DNA of 64,000 bases from Epithemia pelagica (taxonomy: Eukaryota > Protista > Bacillariophyta): the NCBI GenBank assembly GCA_946965045.2, contig OX337228.1, forward strand, positions 2,914,001 to 2,978,000, read 5' to 3'. The translations under genes and the position numbers were made by a program. The notes beneath the pieces were generated by a model that searched no databases, was not told the DNA's origin, and saw only the letters and a list, made by a program, of their open reading frames with translations. Shown one piece after another: positions 35,621 through 44,390 of the stretch (positions are counted from its first letter, which is position 1; each line of letters starts with the position of its first letter).

Positions 35621-36100
35621 TGATCACACCCAACAGCAATCAGCACCTGCTTTCTTTCGCTCGGGACCTTATGCCAAGACTTTGAGTCATTATGAACATC
35701 GTCGATTTCATGAAGATTGAAGACAAGGCCGTTAGAAATGGTATTCACTCCGGTATGATGCGACCAAGCAGCTGTTCTGATAGCAACAAAGAAGCTGAGC
35801 ATTCAAGCAGTTTTGTGAAGTAAGCCTTAGTCATCAGCGTCCACATAATGTCCAACTTCCAAACATTTTATGGACCGTGTGTCAACGCGCATCGGTTCCG
35901 CGACTCAGTAATTCGGAAGCACAGCTTTTCCACTCGCCCAACTGCGCGACTTCTTCACGTAGAAAGTGGTATCAGTGGACGTGGAATTGACGAAACGAAA
36001 GGCGAATCCGACGGTAATGGTATCTCATCGCGCATCAGCTCTTAGGGCCAAAGATTACAAATCATACATCCAGACAATCAAGAACGAAAGATTTCATATC

Positions 36101-36975
36101 ATGAAGACTGTTGTATTGCTTGGTGTCCTTTTGTTGATCGGCTCCCTTCCGGTGCATGTGGAATCTGTTTGCTACTGCCCATGGAATTGTGAAGAAGGTG
36201 GACACTGCCATTGGCGAGTCGCCATGTGCATCGACCAGGAAGCGGCTTCAGAATGTCAAAAGGCAAACTGGGAAATTGAAGACATGTTAGAATCCATGAG
36301 CAGTCTCATAGGTATATTCCTCGAGTAAGTAAAAGTGCGCATAATCGAAATGGTTCTCTGCGTTGTGTGTGAAAGAGAGCAAAGGTTTCATGAACGACAT
36401 GCATGTCCACTAACTTCGCACATTCCTATCCATTTTCGCGTTCCAGTGATGGATTGCGAAGCAACAACGTGACCGCCCTTCAAGTAGGCTACATCCGATC
36501 CCTGTTGAGTTTGGCCATAGAGGACGAGAAACCAGAAGGAGACTGTTCCAATGGACTTGCAACAACCACGCGAATGAGGAACCATCCCAACAGTTGCTTC
36601 TCACCGGAGTTACTTCAACAATGCGCCAAGGTTCGAGATGCTGTTGACAGCTATCAGACCCAGATTCCAGTCAAACTCGAGTCCTTTTTGCGGGACTCTG
36701 AGCGTGTCTATGATTCGGAACAATCTTTCTTCGGACGATCTCTCGAATTGGAAATTGTAAACTCGGACGGAATTGTTGTGAACCCGTTCGTGCAAGAGAT
36801 TTTAGAAATTGTTCGATTCCGAACTCTGGTGAAAACTGCCCGCATTCGATGCGCATCGTTTGATGCTACAGCAGTGGAACTCGAACATGCAGCAGCCTTT
36901 TCCGCAAGCTCTATTGCTCTGGGGCTTTCCATTAGTAGCACAATCGTGTCGCTTATCCTTGTGCATTTGGTGTAG
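36101..36975 (+). CDS. Secreted Cys-containing GPI-type protein, tandem copy 3 (intron 36325-36446)
   Basis: Same exon structure; frame is intact; the most diverged of the three copies. Confidence 0.75.
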
Positions 36976-37041
36976 AGGCCACACCCAACAGCAATCGACT
37001 TGATGCCAAGACTTTGAATTTTCAAACTTCGTCCTGGCGGC

Positions 37042-37264
37042 TGTTGAAACTCAAATAAACCGTGCCGTAAAAGCAACTCTTTATAGGCTTATTGATCTAC
37101 GTAAACTCCATTGAATTAGCTCTTGCTCAGTTTCGTTGTCATAGCGTTGCTTTTGCCACGTCGCCTGACCACAGTCCAAAGATTCGCATCTTGTCCTTCT
37201 TCCTTGTCCTGTTTGGTCGCGCCTTGGTCCTCCATGACTACCGGTTGCTCGTCTATCCTCAACA
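37042..37264 (-). repeat. 3' LTR of the copia element
   Basis: Differs from the 5' LTR at 2 positions by visual comparison; preceded on the sense strand by a short purine run (ACAAAGGAG). Confidence 0.95.
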
Positions 37265-40200
37265 CACTCCTTTGTGCTGAGGAATGGTATTTACTATCCG
37301 GAAGCACATTCATGATGATATCGCGCAACTTGTAGAACATTTGACCCTGAAGGGGCTTCGTGAAAAAATCGGCTATCATATCCTCGGTGGGACAATACTT
37401 GACTGACAACTCTTTTCTCCGAATACAGTCTGTGATATAGAAATATCTGAGGTTGATATGTTTGGTCCGCTTTGTACTTGACAAGCGTCCATTCTTGGCG
37501 AGCAGGATGCTGCTCTGATTGTCCTGATGTAGGACAACATCTTGGACTGCATGTCCTTGAGCTTGAATAAAATTCTTTGTCCAAATAATGGACGGGAGGA
37601 CGTCATGAATCCCAATCAATTCACATTCCGTGGAACTACGCGCCACTAACTTTTGTTTGGATGACGCTGTAACCACTGCTCCTCGACCCAGGGTCATATA
37701 TCCACCTGTTTGCCCTTTGAAATCTGGGTGAACTGCATAGGACGCATCAACCCACCAGTGGATAGGAAAGTCCTTTGTACCCTCCAAACGGAGAACCAAG
37801 TCCTTGGTCGATTGCAGGTATTTCAACACTCGGCCCAGTTTGCGACGATCGTCTTCATCTGGTGCCATAACTCGAGTACTCAAGAAAGCCACCGCAGTCC
37901 GAATATCAGGCCTTCCACGCTGTGCCATATAGGCCAATTGCATTGTGATACTGTGGAATTCGTCGGCAGCTGTTGAATACAAAGCTTTCGCTTTGGGATT
38001 AATGTGATACAAATGTTTGGCAGCGGGACTTCTGGCTTTTCCAATGAAACACTTGGGTAAATCCGTCAGAACAGTCTCCAGATAGGATCGCATGTCCACT
38101 TGTACGACCCCATCGTCTCCGTAATCCAAAAACATTCCCAAATAATCGTGGCGGATTCCCTCTGATACGGATATCTCCCCCAATTGGCCGAGCTCAGCCT
38201 TGAGGTCCTTGACGAACTGTTGAACGACCTCGGCATCAACATGCGAAATCTTCAAGTCGTCTATGTGCCAAGTGACGGTTAATTGTTTGTTGTTTACTTG
38301 TTTGTTTGCGACGCACGAGTCATATGGATTCATTATGAACCCCCAACTTTTCAAGACTGCAGACAATTTCTCCCAGAACAAACGCGCCGCCCTCAGTGTT
38401 CCATAGAGTGCCTTAAGCATCTCTACATAGATAACGGGTTGCCCTTTCTCATATGTCACGTAGGGTTTGTACATGTCATAGTCGACTTCCAGCAACAGTT
38501 CCGCCATGAGACCATCCAGACGCATATAGACGTCGGGGTCCATGTCGGAATGCATGAATGCCCCTGGAATATCTGCAACAATCACCACTCGGCGTTCTAA
38601 AGCATCAATAACTGCGGTGATGAAAACAGCTTCGGTTGCAACTGTCGGTGAGGCTGACTGGCTCTTTTCAATGTATGACCTTTGTTTCCGGCCATCAGCA
38701 CATCCTCTCCCCTTGATCTTGCCACAACGCTTCCGCTTAAGGAACATCAAATATCCTAATGCTTGTTGGATCTGCTCCCATGAGAGGTCTGATTTGTGCA
38801 CGGCCTTTAATACGCCACGATCGTGTAATTGTTGTATCTCAATTTTCACTGCGGCAACTCCTTTGTCACCGAATAGCTTAATGCCTTTCTTCATTGACAT
38901 CTGAGGAGTCGCCAGATTGGTTTCAGACGCAATAAGATACAAAATGCCTTCACGCAAATACCCATTGTATCGTCCGCTTGTCAATCTATCGACGCATGCA
39001 AACGAATGGCCATATCGGTAGGCGTAACTGCGTGCCCTGTTCGGCCGCAGATTGTAGCGTTGTTGTTGAGCTGGTGCTTCGTCTGCAACAGGCTCTATTG
39101 CTGGCTCTTGAGCTGGTGCTTCGTCTGCAACATGCTCTGGCTCTGGCTCCAAGATCAATGGCTCAACTTGATTGGGATCTACCACAGCTTGATTGCCCTC
39201 ATCGTCATCAATGTCTTCCTCTTCCATATCATCTCCACCGGCTAGCTCCCTTCCATCCTGTTCATCTCCATTAGATCCATCCTCCGCATCCATATCAGCC
39301 ACGTGATCACCATCATCATCTATCGGATTAGGTAGACCGACTTCTACCCCCACTCCTTGGATTTCCACTCCTTGGTTTTGCTGATGGTCCATCCCTGGGT
39401 TGATTACTGGGTCATCAGCTGGTGGCTCTGCCACTAATTCGTCGTCGTCTTGTACGTCTGCGTTCTCGAGTTCCTCGTCAACGATGTCATCGTCGTAGCG
39501 GAGGTCTTCATCCTCATCGTCGATGTCATGATGATAAGAAGCATCGTCATCCTCATTTATGAGAATGTTCTCGTCATCTAGCCACAGTACACGATTATCC
39601 CGGTTTCCAAAAGCGAGTCCCGGCTGCATTTCTTGTGCTGCAGCTAGATCTGAAACTCGTTGGATCACCTCTTGGGGCATTGGAAGGGGCGTGGCGTGGT
39701 TCCGAGTAATGACGCGACCGCTTGCGAGACTAAGGAAGTAATAACTACCTTGTCGATTTCCCGTAGGTCTCAAAGCTAGAGCACCAACGGTTCGGGGTGC
39801 CATCGAGTTGTCGTGCTCCTCATGGCACTGGACATATTCGCCGAACTCGAAGCGGCAATGTTTAGCATAGTCAATGTTTTCGCCAGTAACCAGCAGTCGC
39901 GGACTCTCGGTTGTTGAAATGCCGAGGCGATGTGGGAAGCTGTTTAGCCAAAAGACTGCAAATTTTGCGAGCTCAATGATCATAATTTTGGGTAGGGTGA
40001 TGAATGGCAGTGTATTGAAAACACATCGCATTCGTTCTTTAACTGTGCGAATGTATCGCTCCACATCTCCCACATGTTCGTCACGAGCTGTCGAGTTGAT
40101 TGTTATGCCAAGAAGTTGCATCTTGGTTCTCATTGCATCGCTCGTAAATGCTCCATCAGCAAGGATCATTCTCGGTCTAAGACCCCCCCTTCGATAAAGA

Positions 40201-42209
40201 GCAATGGTTTTGCGCAAGGAGAGGATGATCTTGTCGTCAGTGGTGCTTGCCAGTGCGTCGATTGTGCCAAAGTGAATCTTTCTGGAAGTTGTGACCAGAA
40301 ATGGGACTCCGTTAACATGCAACACATCAATGGTTAAGGTGATGTCCTTGTGTTGTTCCTCAATCCGAGGAGGAACAGTGAATGCGGTGTCCACAAAAGG
40401 GGATTTCTTTCGCGTTGTTTTTCCTTTCAAGCTGCCAAGATCTGATCCGTAGATCTTCTCGGCTCTTCTTACATCATCTGCATTGATAGTGACGTTTGGA
40501 AGCAAATTGTTCTTGAGGATGTGGATGTAATCCTTTGTGGATGGCCGTCCTATCTTAGATAAAATGGTACGTGCCAACTTGGCCCTATTGACTTCATCTT
40601 GAGAGTATCCTTCTTCGTTTTCACTAACGGTAGTTATGAAACTACTCTGAAGTTGCGAAGTGTCGAGATAAAATAGACCATCATTGCTCGGATTAAATCG
40701 GTGTTTGAGACGTCCCGTGGCCCGGTCATGCAGGGTGAATGAATTGCCATGATCGCTGTCATACTTGATGTGAAAACGAACTTGTGCGCGAGTGAGTGAG
40801 ATGATATTGGCTGGCCCATCAGGGTCATGCCACACTATGCCGTATCCTGGTAATAGACCCTTCATGGTGAGTTGTCGGCGTCCGGCGTGGCTTTGGACTG
40901 TGATAGGCTCTTCGGCCGTATGGATGTTTTTTAAGAGTGACTTGTCTTGGATGATATCTACTGTGGACTGATTGTCCAGCAGTAACCAATGGTCGGGTAT
41001 GCTAGCCTGGGATCGAGAGGAAAAAACAAAACAAGGTGAGGATTCGGATTGGTCAGTAACACAAGAATCAACACAGTGCTCAGTCTGATGGAATTCGGTA
41101 CCTTGACTGGCACCTTGGTGGGTATTGGACCGGTTTTGGGATGATGTTGTGGCATTGGTTTGTTCTGTTAAGGACGAGGCAGCTTGGCTGGTATCGGCTG
41201 TCATGTATGCAACACCGGTTGTCGAGTCAGACGGGGCCACTGACTGGTTGTTTTGTTTGTGTTTGTTGCTCATTCTGTTATCCAGGATGGCCCGCGCATT
41301 GGCAAGCGTCTTGGGATACAGATTATGTCCATCTAAGAACAGGTTCTGTAGATGAGCCTCATAATCGCGCTGTCCACAGGTACGTATGAAACGGATCGCC
41401 AAGCACCTTTCTTGTGCATCTGCATGATCCGTGGGGGATGGCGGGGATCGTTTGTTTGCTGCTGCTACTTGATGCAGAATGTCTTTGTCATATAAGACAA
41501 TCCCCGCTTCTTCAAGCACCTTCGCTTTCGCCCGAAAAACCTCATAGTAACTGTGTAAACTCTGATTGTTCTTACGCTTGAGCGCGTAAAATTCCTCCTT
41601 GAGCTTGTCACGCCCGACCAAGTTGTAGATTCGGCCGGAATCGAAGGTGAATGTGACTTGCTTGATTAATTTAAGCAATTCGACTCCATCCCGTTTCTCT
41701 TTCAACTTGAGGAACTCGGGTTTGGCTTGCAGTTTATCTTTCATGAGGGGCGTACATTGTCCCAAAATAAGACTAAAGAGGGCAGCCCGAAAGTTTTTGT
41801 AGTCTCTGACTTGATCTTGTCGCGCCTTGTAGCGCATTTTCCATTCTTCTACCTCTATCGGATCGGAGTCATCTTTAGGACGAGTGGCTTCCTCGGGATC
41901 TTTAAGTTCCAGTGTCTCAATGGCCTGCTGGAACTCCATGTTATGACGGTCAAAGTTGGTACCAACATAGCCAACTAACCATTCCACGTTTCGTAGGTAA
42001 CGTTTGGACTGGGGGTCTTCAGTATAATCGAAAATGCACTCTTTCAAAGATGGCTCTTGACCTTGAAACCTCGACGAGTTGGATTGTTGGGAGGATTGCC
42101 ATCCTCTGCCTCTTCCACCTCTTCCACCACGACCACCTTGTCTTTGCCCACTCGATGCCCTAGAACCAGTTTCGTCTGGCCGTGGGGTTGTGGATCCTTG
42201 TTGCGACAT
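37116..42209 (-). CDS. Copia gag-pol polyprotein
   Basis: PR: LLLDNQSTVDII. IN: TIDVLHV / LADGAF / DVERYIR. RT: KIKGRGCADG, ADIPGAF, LYGT, WHIDDL. RNase H: WVDASYA, TECEL, QDNQS, IADFFTK. ATG at 42209; the ORF runs into the 3' LTR. Confidence 0.95.
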   Translation of the reverse strand: MSQQGSTTPRPDETGSRASSGQRQGGRGGRGGRGRGWQSSQQSNSSRFQGQEPSLKECIFDYTEDPQSKRYLRNVEWLVGYVGTNFDRHNMEFQQAIETLELKDPEEATRPKDDSDPIEVEEWKMRYKARQDQVRDYKNFRAALFSLILGQCTPLMKDKLQAKPEFLKLKEKRDGVELLKLIKQVTFTFDSGRIYNLVGRDKLKEEFYALKRKNNQSLHSYYEVFRAKAKVLEEAGIVLYDKDILHQVAAANKRSPPSPTDHADAQERCLAIRFIRTCGQRDYEAHLQNLFLDGHNLYPKTLANARAILDNRMSNKHKQNNQSVAPSDSTTGVAYMTADTSQAASSLTEQTNATTSSQNRSNTHQGASQGTEFHQTEHCVDSCVTDQSESSPCFVFSSRSQASIPDHWLLLDNQSTVDIIQDKSLLKNIHTAEEPITVQSHAGRRQLTMKGLLPGYGIVWHDPDGPANIISLTRAQVRFHIKYDSDHGNSFTLHDRATGRLKHRFNPSNDGLFYLDTSQLQSSFITTVSENEEGYSQDEVNRAKLARTILSKIGRPSTKDYIHILKNNLLPNVTINADDVRRAEKIYGSDLGSLKGKTTRKKSPFVDTAFTVPPRIEEQHKDITLTIDVLHVNGVPFLVTTSRKIHFGTIDALASTTDDKIILSLRKTIALYRRGGLRPRMILADGAFTSDAMRTKMQLLGITINSTARDEHVGDVERYIRTVKERMRCVFNTLPFITLPKIMIIELAKFAVFWLNSFPHRLGISTTESPRLLVTGENIDYAKHCRFEFGEYVQCHEEHDNSMAPRTVGALALRPTGNRQGSYYFLSLASGRVITRNHATPLPMPQEVIQRVSDLAAAQEMQPGLAFGNRDNRVLWLDDENILINEDDDASYHHDIDDEDEDLRYDDDIVDEELENADVQDDDELVAEPPADDPVINPGMDHQQNQGVEIQGVGVEVGLPNPIDDDGDHVADMDAEDGSNGDEQDGRELAGGDDMEEEDIDDDEGNQAVVDPNQVEPLILEPEPEHVADEAPAQEPAIEPVADEAPAQQQRYNLRPNRARSYAYRYGHSFACVDRLTSGRYNGYLREGILYLIASETNLATPQMSMKKGIKLFGDKGVAAVKIEIQQLHDRGVLKAVHKSDLSWEQIQQALGYLMFLKRKRCGKIKGRGCADGRKQRSYIEKSQSASPTVATEAVFITAVIDALERRVVIVADIPGAFMHSDMDPDVYMRLDGLMAELLLEVDYDMYKPYVTYEKGQPVIYVEMLKALYGTLRAARLFWEKLSAVLKSWGFIMNPYDSCVANKQVNNKQLTVTWHIDDLKISHVDAEVVQQFVKDLKAELGQLGEISVSEGIRHDYLGMFLDYGDDGVVQVDMRSYLETVLTDLPKCFIGKARSPAAKHLYHINPKAKALYSTAADEFHSITMQLAYMAQRGRPDIRTAVAFLSTRVMAPDEDDRRKLGRVLKYLQSTKDLVLRLEGTKDFPIHWWVDASYAVHPDFKGQTGGYMTLGRGAVVTASSKQKLVARSSTECELIGIHDVLPSIIWTKNFIQAQGHAVQDVVLHQDNQSSILLAKNGRLSSTKRTKHINLRYFYITDCIRRKELSVKYCPTEDMIADFFTKPLQGQMFYKLRDIIMNVLPDSKYHSSAQRSVLRIDEQPVVMEDQGATKQDKEEGQDANLWTVVRRRGKSNAMTTKLSKS

Positions 42210-42214
42210 GGTGG

Positions 42215-42928
42215 TTACTCGATGAGGGCTATCCAATCGCGGTGACGACGGTGTTCTTCGTGTTTCTTCGAGATCGGATTCCAGATCTTGATGAAGTGAT
42301 ACACGGTACCGTGGCGACTGACCGTTCCTTGTAAATATGGCCTGGCTTCGGCTCCTTTCAGCTTTAAGGAGTTAAGAATCCAGACTCTTGTGCCTTTTGG
42401 TATCCAACGTGGATCACGGCCTCGCTGTGACGGAATGTTGGGGAAGATGGTTTCTGCTTCGATCTCTCCCTCTGCCGTCTCACGGATGACGTCTACCAAG
42501 GCCACTGGTTCTTGACTTTCAGTTGCACCTCTGTTGTCTTGCTCCACTTGATTGATCGTTGGTTCCGGATTGCTCGGGAAATCTGCCTCCACTTGATCGG
42601 GATATGTTGCGATGCAGGTACTTGCTCCCCTGGACTCGCGTTCCTCGGCACGCTTCAACTCCGCGAGAATTTCTTCCCGCTTTACTTGGGTATCTTCAAA
42701 TATACGCTGCTTTCTCGTCTCACAATCAAAGTAATCGTTATCGCGTTCGGTCTCGCGAGCACGCTCGAGCGCTGCCACAGCCTCGCGATGTTGTACTTCT
42801 TTGCGTCTATTTTCCGCTTGGTAGCGCAACTCTACTCCCCGCAGGAAATCCTGTTCCTCGATAGCGAGGGCTGCCAGTTGACCCAATAATGTGGAGACTT
42901 TGGGGTTTTCGACTCGCTCTTCACTCAT
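42215..42928 (-). CDS. Extra ORF (ORF0) in the copia leader: coiled coil plus a beta-rich KOW/SH3-like C-terminus
   Basis: 237-aa sense-strand ORF between the 5' LTR and gag. E/R-rich helix, then KGTRVWILNSL...QGTVSRHGTVYHFIKIWN. Confidence 0.7.
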   Translation of the reverse strand: MSEERVENPKVSTLLGQLAALAIEEQDFLRGVELRYQAENRRKEVQHREAVAALERARETERDNDYFDCETRKQRIFEDTQVKREEILAELKRAEERESRGASTCIATYPDQVEADFPSNPEPTINQVEQDNRGATESQEPVALVDVIRETAEGEIEAETIFPNIPSQRGRDPRWIPKGTRVWILNSLKLKGAEARPYLQGTVSRHGTVYHFIKIWNPISKKHEEHRRHRDWIALIE

Positions 42929-43003
42929 GCAGTGTAGTTCACAGGAAAACGTCAAGAAATGAGGTGTTCCTGTCCTGATGAATTAGATTTTCAATGGAGT
43001 TTA

Positions 43004-43226
43004 TGTTGAAACTCAAATAAACCGTGCCGTAAAAGCAACTCTTTATAGGCTTATTGATCTACGTAAACTCCATTGAATGAGCTCTTGCTCAGTTTCGTCG
43101 TCATAGCGTTGCTTTTGCCACGTCGCCTGACCACAGTCCAAAGATTCGCATCTTGTCCTTCTTCCTTGTCCTGTTTGGTCGCGCCTTGGTCCTCCATGAC
43201 TACCGGTTGCTCGTCTATCCTCAACA
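43004..43226 (-). repeat. 5' LTR of the copia element
   Basis: TG...CA termini; followed on the + strand by the TSD GCGGC. Confidence 0.95.
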
Positions 43227-43545
43227 GCGGCACCCAAAGAATTCACATCATTCTGATGAAGACAGCCGTAGTCAGCAGCGTCATTTATAATCGCCTTTCA
43301 ACACATTTCACGGTGAATTAGATCTAATGCTATCCCATATGATACCATTGTGAGATGGGTCCTAACTTGGATATCTGACCAATCGCGTTTTAGTCGCATA
43401 AGAAAGATCCAAACTGATGTCAGCGGTCCGGTGTGGTGTCAACAATTCAACAACATCCCAATCGTTGAAGAATTATACCTTCGAGCAACCCTCTGCCCTA
43501 TTACTACTTGGCTAATCTATCTTTGGAGCAAACCCATTCATTAGC

Positions 43546-44195
43546 ATGGCGGCACACCGAGATTGGAGAGCATTTCTGTGGATCACAGCTCTTCTGTGGA
43601 TACACTCCGCCATCCTTGTCGTTCCCGTCGACTCATTCACGGCAATCTCGACAAAGGCGGCGGATTTCACCACAAGAACATTACTTCTTCAGCAGACCCG
43701 TCGAGCCCCAAGTGTTCTGGTGCTTTCGGCCAAGAAGAAACGTCGTCGAAAGCAGGCCAGTGTAGGTGATGCTTCCAGTGGGGCCGATGCTCCGGATGAT
43801 TTGCCAGATTTTGAGCTCAAAGAAGAGACTGTCAGCAATAAACCACAGCCGGCAAAGGCACAGCCGGCAGTGTCCGATCGTCTTGACGAAATCACTCCTG
43901 CCATGATGTCACAAGGCTTGTCGCAGCAACCAGCACGATCGGTCAGGGACTTGATTGCCGATCGATCTTTGGAAAAGATGTTTGAATTCGAAGCGGGAGA
44001 TGACGACAGTGATGAAGCTCTTCCAGACTTGGTGGAAATGATGAGAAACCAGGCAACCGCTGCCACAGCATCTTCAACCATACAAGGTACAGATTCCACC
44101 GTGGGCAAGAAGAAGGCTCGACAAGCCGAACGTAGAGCGGCAGCTCTGGCGCGAGAAGAATTGGAACGTGAAGAAAATAAAAATATCCTGGATGA
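43546..44195 (+). pseudogene. 3'-truncated copy of the plastid-targeted gene at 52538, interrupted by the YR retrotransposon
   Basis: Identical peptide up to KNILD. It then reads into foreign sequence (stop at 44253) and loses the C-terminal TM segment. Confidence 0.85.
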
Positions 44196-44390
44196 TGTGC
44201 GTCAGCGACAGGACACTCAGGTAGCTACACGTAGTCTAGCTAGATCACACTAGCTATGTCTAGGAGTCTGCCAACAGCAGCCATGGAGCTCAGAGTTTTT
44301 GGAGCAACGCAATCTCTATCAAGTTTGCTGTTGGTGGTGTTTTTCTTCCTTTCTTCTTTCTTTCTTGTCTTTGCCTTTGCTTCCTTTGTC

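Larger units (their letters stand above)
37042..43226 (-). mobile_element. Full-length Ty1/copia LTR retrotransposon (diatom CoDi-like)
   Basis: 223-bp LTRs TGTTG...CAACA at 37042-37264 and 43004-43226. 5-bp TSD GCGGC at 37037-37041 and 43227-43231. Uninterrupted gag-pol in PR-IN-RT-RH order. Confidence 0.97.
42924..44195 (+). repeat. Direct segmental duplication, copy A (copia leader end, LTR, and 5' part of a host gene)
   Basis: Near-identical to 51917-53187; identity runs from ctcatgcagtg to cctggatga. Confidence 0.93.

Noticed and set aside
34328-35820. Short ORFs conserved downstream of paralog copies 1 and 2 (antisense MLSFFVA..., sense MKIEDKAVRNG...)
   Set aside because: Explained by the tandem duplication itself. 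In the antisense frame I counted about 7 nonsynonymous and 4 synonymous differences, too few to show coding constraint, and the segment is largely missing after copy 3.
43043-43544. Small ORFs repeated at 43.0-43.5 kb and 52.0-52.5 kb
   Set aside because: They are by-products of the LTR and the duplicated intergenic sequence. One is simply the pol C-terminal frame seen in the LTR.
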